DNA from: Trichoplax adhaerens
Taxonomy: Eukaryota; Animalia; Placozoa
Reading direction: 5' to 3'
Length of the DNA stretch: 64,000 nucleotides
Assembly: GCF_000150275.1 (NCBI RefSeq)
Contig: NW_002060946.1
Location: 7,670,829-7,734,828 of the forward strand
This document shows, in pieces, positions 53,919-64,000 of this stretch. The notes under the pieces were generated by a model. That model was not told where the DNA came from. It saw only the letters and a list, made by a program, of their open reading frames with translations, and ran no database searches. A program made the position numbers and the translations under genes. Numbering within the stretch: position 1 is the stretch's first letter; every line of letters begins with the position of its first letter.

Positions 53919-54663
53919 TGTAAATATCAATTTTATTAATAGAGAATTTTAATCTTCGGCTATAGTATTGTATCTATTGATACTGGCTACAGCTTATATT
54001 CGAGTGCATGATATGAAATCTTAGCGTAAAAGCTACCTGAAATATTCATTGATTAGTCAGAATGAAATTGCATCTACTGTAAGAATACTAGCTTATAATT
54101 ACAAATTACAATCCCATCCGCAAAGCATATTGGCTACAATATTTAAGCGATCCTGACCAAATATTAGAGAACCGTCGTTGACTTGAAAAGCGGTTACACC
54201 GAACGCTCCAACTTTTATGGCTCTAGTTAATGAATTAATTATTAATGATAGATGTGCGTATACTGTACGCAGATAGATGAGTTAATACGACATAGTCAGA
54301 TAGGCGTAATTACTGATAATAATAAATTTGAGTTCATAAAGTTGCCATCTTACCAAGACATATTTTGTGTAAACTGATCTTTGATATTATCTTCTTCAGC
54401 TTTTGATAGAACGTCTTTAGCGTCATACCCAGCTTCTTCTATAACCTCAGCAACTACCTCTGTGACACGAATTGAAACTGAATTTGTTTATAGTTACGCA
54501 GATATGATAAAGTGTCTTCTCAAAAATACAAAAGAACTACAGTTTCTTGTAAACTTCACTTTATTACATAAGATTACGTTTCATTGTTGTAACTCTTTCC
54601 ATCCTGATGAGCAATCGCTTTTAACTAACGGTGATCCGATACTAGTTCGATTTTTAACAGAGT
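53919..54663 (-). pseudogene. Internally deleted pseudogene copy of gene 1
   Basis: Retains exon 2 (54663-54593; 10-nt deletion, donor GT>TT), exon 9 (54457-54354), exon 10 (54222-54099) and 3' flank homologous to ~48767-48956. Exons 3-8 are missing. The exon 9/10 junction reads TG+A (stop) and GVP has become GVT. Confidence 0.88.
54503..54585 (-). mobile_element. Terminal fragment of a family B-related LTR
   Basis: tatgataaagtgtcttctcaaaaata...aaacttcactttattacataagattacgtt matches 46897-46980. Confidence 0.8.
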
Positions 54664-55570
54664 CTGGAACGAAAATATCTGCTATCGGCTTTTGTTCTAT
54701 ACAACGGCAATATCACCGTAAATGGTTATACAGTCGGTGATAAGCAAGATAACGCTATGCTGATATTGTAACATATGGGCTTTGCAAAATAGCAGTAAAG
54801 ATTCTAGGCATGGTAATTTCAAGGTTATTCTAGAGATAAATTATAAATCAGGGACTTTTTAAAATCGTGAAAATCCGTCAGAGAAGTTCTAAAATCACAA
54901 AGTGCTGCGTAGAATTACAGTAACGTTATTTGATGTAAGTTTATAGGAATTACTGTAATTGCCAACTGCGAATTCGTTTACTTTTCTATACATCTCCCAA
55001 AAAGCAACGCTATTATTTATTTCCCGCAAGTTATCTCAAACGGGGTTAGACAGTAAAGTATACTGAGCGTAAATTGATACTTCATTTTAGAATTAAATCT
55101 GCTACGGAAATGCAGCATATCAAATGTTTATGTTTGTATGAGCATCTTGTAGTATACTGTACTGTACATACTGTATAGTTCAGTATAGTCAGGTGTCTCA
55201 ATTGCAAGTCCCTCATTAAGAACAGTAGTTGGACATTACAATTTGTTGTTGATTTTTAACCCCGCAAAATGCAGTAGGCGTCACTGGTACTCCGTTATAG
55301 CATGTTGATGCTATGTAGGCGTGCATTTAAAGGTAGATGATTTAATTATGATATCCACGATTGCTTATCTTCTTGTCGTATTCGTGTAGTGTCATTATCA
55401 ATAATAGCTATTTATCCATGTGATATACTGTACTGCATAGCAATCGATAATGCATGCAAATGCAAACTGATGATGTTATTCTACTGTACTGTACTATATA
55501 CTGTACAATCTGGCATATGCAGCAGGCTCTGTCGGCTAATGAAGAGCATAAGTTGTGTACACTGTAAGCA

Positions 55571-55580
55571 GTGAGTCAGC
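55571..55580 (+). promoter_or_regulatory. Candidate ARE / NF-E2 / AP-1 site GTGAGTCAGC
   Basis: Matches RTGASTCAGC and lies between the divergent starts of genes 1 and 2. Motif match only. Confidence 0.3.
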
Positions 55581-55809
55581 GAAAGTAAGCCCGTCGACGG
55601 CCTTGCTTAGTGGAATAATTAGGCCAGAAGAAATGGTCAGTAAACTAGTCCATTTTATGCTAACTTCTTCAAAGTCATTTGTCTATCGTACAGTATGCGG
55701 ATCAAGATGTTCATTTGTATAGTGTTCAGTAGTCAGGAACCAACTGAATCACTCCACCAGCATTCTACTGTACAGTACAATAAGTGTACAGTACTAGAGT
55801 TCATACTAG

Positions 55810-56330
55810 CAAATGTATTGAAGGTTCGTACTACTCTCAATCAGCATGGAAGACAAGAAATTGTACACGTAGTTGAAATTAGTGTAAAATTAATCAACTA
55901 CTAACTCCTATTCTCCCTTTCTTGTACAGTATTGAAAAAGCGACGGCTTCTATACGTACGCCGTTCACACTTACAACGCATTATCTTAACAAAATCGAAC
56001 AAATATAGCGAAGTATATCATAGGGTGGACCGTGCACACTGTACAGGAAGTGGTTGTACTATTTGGAGTTAATACGAACAACTGTGTTGAAGGTTCGTGC
56101 TGTACTACTCTCAATCAGCATGGAAAACAAGAGATTGTACACGTACTGTAGTTGAAATTAGTGTAAAATTAATCAGCAACTAACTCCAATTCTCCCTTTC
56201 TTGTACAGTATTGAAAAAGCGACAGCTTCTATACGTACAGTACGCCGTTCACACTTCCAACGCATTATCCTTACAGTATGTAATAGAGTGGACAGAGTAC
56301 ACAGTACTGTACAGTAAGTGATTGCATTGC
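55810..56330. repeat. Tandem duplication of a ~260-bp unit
   Basis: Unit 1 ~55810-56060 and unit 2 ~56079-56330 (ttgaaggttcgt..ctctcaatcagcatgga..ttctccctttcttgtacagtattgaaaaagcgac). Confidence 0.9.
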
Positions 56331-56899
56331 CATCAATTGACAATAACGCTCAGTCGCCTACAGACTACAACAACACACCTATAGTAAGCATAACTTTGGA
56401 CATCGGCGCATGACCAGAATTTGGACACCTTTGACCTTTTCAACTCACCAAGAAAACAGAATCGAGCACAGTACTGCACTGAATTGTACAATGTGTTTCT
56501 TTTCGTTTCCAACTTTTGCATGGCCAATGATTACTATGTGCTTCGACTGTTCTCGCATCGCTATAAAATGGTATAAAGTGAAGCAATTTTACCTTAGTTT
56601 CAGTAATACTAGTACAAACTCACATCGCTTTGCTGACGGTTTACGATAATGTTAATAAATTTCTCTACTTCGGAGTCTGAAAGAAAATAAACACATTAGT
56701 ACAGTACTAGACGTGTTCAGTACAGTATACTCACTTTTTACAGTACAAATACTGTACAATACACTGTACAGGACAGTACTGGATACTGTAATGATTGATT
56801 ATATGGAACAGTATAGTTTATAATTATTTATTCCCCAGTACAGTACAGTAGTGGTGAGACACTTGCTGGTGCACATTGCAACAACAATCCTGAGAAAAT

Positions 56900-59800
56900 A
56901 TGGCACGTCTGGTAGAATTCTATTATGATATTGCATGTCCATTTTCCTACGTTGCAACGTATTCATTGCGTTCACTTCTTAGTAGAAGTGATGTAAAGGT
57001 AATTTGGAAGCCTGTTCATTTTGGTAAGTTCTCCATTTTTACTGTTTCTTCTTTCTAAATGTACTGCTACACCGTATACAAAACCAAAACATCAGTCAAT
57101 CGAATTGTAACCTCCCCATTTTGCGCAGAGATCTGCCCATCTCTTTCTCCTCGTCTTATAGTAGTTTCGAGTTACACACTGTTCAATTGTAAAGTTGTAC
57201 ATCATTTCAATTTCAACAAGTGAATACTATCGGGTATAATGAATGAATTCCACAGCTTTATACCATTGCATTATTCGTACTAAGCCTCCTAAAGTGGTCA
57301 TATTTCAAACTCTGTCTGTCGACAATGTCCTATGCTTATTGCATACTCTCTACTTTTATAGAATAATCGGATCGTATTTCTACAGCATTTAATATCCAAG
57401 GATCTTGTACATGACATGCTAGACTAATAGTAATTGCGTGTGTGTGTCGATTCATTTTCAAGTTGCTGTATCAGTGCTAGCTTGTTGCGAGTCTTTAACA
57501 TTATAATTTACATTAGCTAAATAATGTACGATATTCCAACTACAGTGACTACCCTGCATTGATCAACGTTATAGTTAGATGAATTTTGCTATGCACTTAT
57601 TCTATTTTATGTGGATGTAGGAAGCATAGACCCCGGCACCGTTATTGGATCACCGATAGTAGATCGTCCTAGCTCGTCGAAGTCAAATTGGATCTATCAA
57701 GGTACTACTACCAAAATCAAATGGATATAGCTGAAACTTCTATAAGAAGCTGATGAAAGCCTACATATGCTCTTTGTGTTTAAAATATAAATCAGTTTAA
57801 TGTTCAGATCAACACTGTCAGCTATCTTATCTTATATAAGCTTAAATAGAAAGAGCAAATGTTAGTTAAGTTTTGTGATGTATTAGCTTAAATGCAATGA
57901 CTGCAACCGATCATGTTGAGTGAGATTTATTTACAATTGAAGTTACTCTGGGAATTGCAAATAGAACATTTCCCTTTACTTGTATACTCTTCTTCAAGTA
58001 TGGCTAAATATTTGAAAGTTGAGAAACTTACCTCAGCATGCACTTTATGTACTATATTTAGACGGCCAGACAGATACTAGTTTCAAAATGTCGAAAACAG
58101 ATTATTAATAGCTTCTGTTTATCTCAATGAATAGATTTACAGATGATGATTAGCAGACTGCAAGTTCCCATTAGGCGACAAGCGAAACATTTAGATCAAG
58201 GAGGAAGTGCACAGAGGCTGCTTGCTTCAATAGATGATAATAGTAACCGTCAAAAACTATCGCTGGCTTTATTTAGACACTATTGGCAAAATGGAGGAGA
58301 TATTCAGAGCATACAGGTTATTACTATTTCAATACAAAACGATTATATTTGTATGTTATATTATATTAGTTATAGGCAACAATTCCATCGTACGTAATAA
58401 AATTAGACATAATGTGGTTAATTGTATGTTAGATTACGCACACTAAAATAACGTAGCAGCTTTAAGTAAAAGAGATTCATCTTAAATCAGTTTTAGAATT
58501 TACATTAACAATCAAGGGCTATTCGAACAGTTTTAGAGGATACTATCGATATTAAAAAGCGTAAAAAGTGATTTCTTTCTAAAGGAAAAAGTAGGATCTG
58601 GTTTGACCAACTGCATGCTAAATGGACTTGCCTAAAAATTGAATAACTAATTTTCTATTCCGAGCTCGAACCATATAATACTTCTTAGCAATAGGGTTAT
58701 ATTCTTCAAAGTTATTCTAAGATTTTCTATATTTTCGTTACTATTGAAGAATTTGAAAGAAGTAGCCCTCGATGTGGGACTATCCATGGATGTTAATAAA
58801 CAGATTGAAATCGGTGCTGATAATTTAAACAATTTTAATACTGAATCAACCAATAAAGGTGTCTACCGTCTACCAGGGTAAGCTCGGGATAATGGATTCT
58901 CTATCTCAAATACTACCGTTGCTTGCTCTGCAAACCAATAGAATTGCATAAAATCTTAACATCAGTACGCGTACGTACGAATATTTTATTTATAGCTTCT
59001 TTGTTGACGGCAAACTTTATCATGGAATGGATCGATTGCATTTTGTAGAGAAGATTCTTGGTAATCCATCGGCTAGAGAGTTAAGATTAGCACTACCGAA
59101 TAATGTAGCTACCGACCATAAGGCTAAACTTACCTTCTACTTTGATTTTGCCAGCCCATGGAGTCACATTGCTAATACTTATGTATATGATTAAGAATTA
59201 GATGCTTTCAGCTAGCCTATCTGATACAGAGCATACCATAGAATGATGATATAACATTGCACTATCTTTGCCCTTAGATGTCCTCTTTCTTGAAAGAATT
59301 ACATCCAGTAAATGTTGAGGTTGAATATGTGCCAGTAATTTTAGGCGCTATTATGCAAGCACTAGGCACTTCAATTGTAAGTAACATTGGCTATGTTCAA
59401 ATCGCAACCACAAAATCTAGTTTGTGTCCAATACCAGCAGAATTGAAATGATCATTAAGTAGTGATGCGTAATACTGTTGCTAGATTCCGGTACAGAAGA
59501 TACAGCGATCGAAAGTTCGTGCAAGCAGAGCAGATATGCATGAATACCTTCACCACTTTGGAAATATAACTCTTAAAATGAATTCTCATTTTCCTATACA
59601 AACGTTGATGTCTCTTCGAGTTGCTATAGCTAATGATAGCGCAGATCTTCGAAGAAGAATATGTATGTGGTTATTACTGTTAGTGCCGTTATTACAAGAA
59701 AAAATTTTTTATGTAACAGCTTTACTATGATAATTTTACTAATAGTTGAAGCAGCTTGGATCAATAATCAGAACATTTCTAAGACTGAGGTGAATTATCA

Positions 59801-60198
59801 CTATAGGGTTATTCTTTTTAGATTAATTATCGTTTATTTTAGTTTATTTTTTATTGGCTTTGATTCGTAGGTACTAGCCGGAATTATTGAAGAGGCCGGC
59901 TTAAATTCGACAACACTTCTTAAGCAGGCACAAGAAGCGAGTGTGAAGTCACAGCTTAAAAATAATGTTATGCGGTATGCTAGTAAAGGCCTATGTAAAG
60001 TGTTGATATCATGATTGGCTGCAGAATAGATTATAAATTTTGATCTAAATTTATAGCGCAATCAAAGCTGGAGTTTTTGGCGTGCCGAGCTTTCAAGTTA
60101 ACTCAGGACCTACAATCTTTGGTGCGGACAGAATGAATATCGTTGCTGATATGATTTGCGGTTGGGAATACGTACCAGGAAATAATTCTAAACTATAA
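56900..60198 (+). CDS. Tandem double DSBA / kappa-class GST protein, gene 2; 10 exons, 422 aa, C-terminal SKL
   Basis: Exons 56900-57023, 57621-57701, 58135-58316, 58750-58877, 58996-59182, 59278-59376, 59485-59662, 59746-59789, 59871-59974, 60057-60198. All introns GT-AG with the same phases as gene 1; 1269 nt open. MARLVEFYYDIACPFSY...LTFYFDFASPWSH...GVFGVPSF..FGADRM..GWEYVPGNNSKL*. Confidence 0.9.
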
Positions 60199-61447
60199 AA
60201 AGACGCGAAGTAACTATTCGTCTCAAAAGACGTAAGATATCGTATCTCATTAATAAGTTGTTAATCGCTATTAAGTGATATGATAATTGCTAGCGTATCG
60301 CCATCGCTATATTTCATGCTATAACGACCGATTAATGGTTATGCTTTTATTAAAATTAGGTATGAACTCTAGAAAGGAATGTAGTTTATTGTTCTAAAAA
60401 TGTGAATGGTATTGGAAGAAAAAGAATATGTTCATCTTGATAATTGAAACTCTATGGCTACCATTATTTCTGAAGGAACACAACTTCGTAAATTTTTATG
60501 ATACATCAGTGGAGTCTTAACAACTCTAAAGTATGACTGTCTACCTACGGAGCTGCATGTTTTTAAAGAGAATGCAAATGGAACTTATTTTCATCTAGCT
60601 GAATGCCAATCACGTATTAGTTGCCTTTCGCATTATAATGTCAGATTTACCTTAAGGTTTATAGACTACTGTAAAATCTAATGTTATAATGGATGAAATA
60701 TCTCAAGCACTGGTAGGCTAAAATCGCATTCGTAATCTCAGCAATTAAGATACTATACCTGTGTTAATAAATTTTTGGTGATGATGTAGTTATATTGTAA
60801 ACCCCTTAATCGCTGAAAAGGGATTCTGAATTCTGTGTTAAAATATCAGTAGAATAGGATGTATTGCTGCTATGTTAATTGGTAAGTAAATAAATACAAT
60901 TGCAATATCTTTGATAATAAATTTTATCAAATAAGTTTATCGACAAGATTATTATAGCTTCTGGAAGGGAATACTGATTGGGAATTTAGTCACTTATGTA
61001 ATAACTTAAGGCAGTTATGTAAGTCTGCTTCGATTTTTATTGTCTCCATTGTTCTAAATGAAAAAATATTCAGATGACGGGTTCGCATGCTCAAGCAGTG
61101 CATTATGGTGACCATACAAATATTGCTTTATTGCATTTATAAGCAATGTAGAAGCAATATACTAACAAAGTAAAATTAAATCTTTCGTACGTATACATAC
61201 TATCAGCCCCTACATAGGAAGTGCAAACCGTGTTTCTGAAATTTATTCTATCAACCTGGAAAGATATAGTAGCCAACAAACGTAACGTATACTGGTATTT
61301 AAAGGCTAAGCATCAGGAATTTAAATAGCGGTAGCTTCCTGCAAGACTTAACACTTTGATAATTAGAAATTTATATTAATTCGTAACTAATTGTTACAGT
61401 ATCATTATAATAGTAAATAAAAATCAAAACTATGAAAGACATCTACA

Positions 61448-63615
61448 TTAACTATAATTCCAGCCACATATCATATCCGCTAAGACGTTCAATCGATCCT
61501 GCCCAAAGATTATAGGTCCGTCGTTAAGTTGGAAGGTGGGAACACCGAATGCTCCATTTTCGAGAGCCCTATTCGTATTTTAATAAAAAAGACATGATAA
61601 AATCAATATTAAAAAGTGAAAATTTATAAATATCTGAAAGATGTAATCAATCTGTATTATACGAGACCGTAACCTGGTGGTATTGTGCCTTAGTTGGTTT
61701 CTGACTTGGTCACTTTTAACTTCTGTTAAAATTTTTGAAGAACTTAAGCCACTCTCTTCAATTATTTCGGCTACAACCTGTAATCGTTGTTATAATAAAT
61801 TTTAAAAGTATCAGCTATTTAATGAACTACTCTCAGCGTAATATAGATATCGAAAATTAAATGTAAAGTAACTTACTTTATCATCACCAATGTTCCGATT
61901 TTCTTCCCAGGCAGCTTTAACTGGTTGAGATTAGAGAAAATATTGCTTACTAATATTCTTTATTATGGTTGTATCTATAGAACTATGTTATCTTCATCTT
62001 CCTTAATAAAACAATTAGAAGTATTAAATTCTAGTTATCATATCTAACTACATGTACATAATAGTCTTACATATTCTACTGCGAAGCTCGGAGCTGTTGT
62101 TAACAATTGTCGCACGTAATGGCGTGATTGTTGGCATGGGAAAGCTAGCATTAAATTTAAAGCTGCCATTTCCTAGATAATCTAGATGATCATATATATC
62201 GGCCATGGTTGCTTTCACTATGGCAGGCTTTATTGCTTGTATTGGTACCTGTAACATCAAGCAACAGCCAGGTATTATTTAAACTCAGATAACATGAAAA
62301 GCTATGAAAGACTATGGCTAGCTAATACATCCAAATTATGTTCAACTTACGATCGGGTTTCCTAGAGTTTTGAAGATTCCTCCAATAACAACAGGCACAT
62401 ACTCAACTTCTACGTTAATAGGACTCAGCTCTTTCACAAAGTTGGGTAGCTGCAGCGAATTAGTAAATATTTTACATTAGTGAAATTTGGTTTAACGATC
62501 ATATAATCTTCAGATTAGAATATCATCAATATTATTTCATCTACTAACGCGAATAGATGCTATATAGCTCCAGTAACTGCTAAAATCAAAATAAAATGTC
62601 AACTTAGCATCACGACTAGCGGCAGCAGAATCCGGTGTTGCTAATCTCAACTCTCTTGCAGATTTGTTGCCAATGGCTCTTTCCACAAAATGTAATCTAT
62701 CAACTCCACGAAATAGCTTTCCCGAGACGTAGAAACTATATTCAAAGTTGAATCAAAATTAAGCTGCGACAAAAATAGCACTTTATCATTACCATATTGA
62801 CGGAATTACGTGCCTGGGCAATCGATATACACCTCTTTCAGATGCTTCCTCGTTGAACGACTGTAATTGGCTTTCCCCTTTGTCTATTTGCTCCTTAACA
62901 TTCACTGATAGCCCAAGCTCTTTTACCACAGACTCTAATGACTTTCAATAGCAAGTTTAGTTAATACTTATTCATATGAACATTGAAGCTAATATATGGG
63001 CATAAAGGCATATAATTACAATTGAATCTGCACTAAAGTAAATTATCAAAAAATTTCTCTCTTTAGTACCACATTTGTAGTAATTATAACGAAATAGGCG
63101 TTTATCATTTCCTTGTTAAGGCAATCTTTCAATCTCGTTGGAATTGACTACTTTAAGGGCACTATACTAACTTCGCTTTCTAGAATATCAGAATTCCTCT
63201 CCCAGTACTGTTGATATAAAGCTACAGACAACTGTTGCCTGATGGTATTGTCATCAATTGATGCTAATAATCTTTGAGCGTTGTGGCTGCGCTCGAGATT
63301 GTTGTTCTTAGCTTCCAAATGAGCTGGTATTTGCAGCCTTTTTGCTGTTATTTGAAGGTCTATAGTTGATATAAGAGGAGAGAATAAGTAGAGTCAGGAT
63401 AAGTGCAAACCGTATAGCAGTATTAAGTTAATGCCTTGAGATATTTAGATGGCATTTATAAGGTACAAATACTGTACACGTTAACTTTAGTTCATTAACG
63501 TCACTAATTTGAAAATTACTATGCGCCTACTGTACATGATACGAAAAGTGACGACCTCTCTGCATCCATTTCAACTTGGAAGAATTACGAATTCCATCGT
63601 CGGTGCTTGTATTTC
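61448..63615 (-). CDS. Tandem double DSBA / kappa-class GST protein, gene 3; exons 2-10 (exon 1 not found, probably beyond the window)
   Basis: Exons 63615-63556, 63359-63172, 62941-62814, 62735-62549, 62449-62351, 62248-62071, 61920-61877, 61777-61674, 61568-61448. Phases match genes 1 and 2; intron 4 has a GC donor. LTFYFDFSSYWSY, GAFGVPTF, FGQDRL..GWNYS*. Confidence 0.86.
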
Positions 63616-64000
63616 CTAAAATTGAACCTACGATACGAGATAAAACCAACATAGGATTGCATTAAGCTCCATATTTACAATGAGGCCAAAGTTTGCTATG
63701 GCTTTAAGATAGTCCGGCAGATGCATGAACGACATAACAAACAACACTTTCCAGCTGGCGACTAAGTACATTTGTCAGATTTAATCTTTAACTTTAATAA
63801 TGACGAAATTGTGGTCTATTTAGTATCTAAAAAATAATATTGGCGAATATTACTAAATAGCAATGAGAGAGCACTGGTGAAATGCAGCGAGATCTTATTT
63901 ATTATTTGTTACGCGAACGTGTAAGGGCGGTTAAGGTTAGCAGTTATAGTATTGATGTTGATGTACCCGTTTAGTATCATAAGGATCACCAATTTACTTG

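Noticed and set aside
54381-54740. 119-aa plus-strand ORF (also 49517, 49762, 50110, 58647, 59834, 6110, 14777, 42464)
   Set aside because: Antisense shadows of real exons or pseudo-exons.
56690-56860. CRISPR-like or satellite array
   Set aside because: No constant repeat-spacer period; irregular 5-bp units in eukaryotic DNA.
63616-64000. Exon 1 of gene 3
   Set aside because: No FYYD..CPFS-like reading found on the minus strand; intron 1 is 597-1260 bp in the paralogues, so it probably lies beyond the window.

Overview
AT-rich eukaryotic DNA with spliceosomal introns and one assembly gap (1182-1554). The low GC, short introns and intronless divergent rhodopsin-type GPCRs resemble a placozoan (Trichoplax-like) genome; that is an inference. 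The left 47 kb holds four same-strand intronless class A GPCR paralogues, all with YR(Y/F/L) in place of DRY. They lie among many TG...CA solo-LTR-like insertions with 5-bp target-site duplications (TSDs), including four independent copies of one ~630-bp family, plus a truncated Ginger2/KRBA2-like integrase. The right 15 kb holds a cluster the ORF track shows only as fragments. I reconstructed by hand two complete 10-exon genes, exons 2-10 of a third gene, and one pseudogene. Each gene encodes a tandem double DSBA / kappa-class GST (HCCA-isomerase-like) protein. In the two complete genes the N-terminal domain has a Cys motif (CPFS) and the C-terminal domain a Ser motif (SPWS). One paralogue ends in a peroxisomal SKL and one needs a GC-AG intron. 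The spacer between the divergent genes is dense in TA-C(A/T)G-TA motifs that behave like Tc1/mariner excision footprints. All alignments and coordinates were done by eye; no database searches were run.
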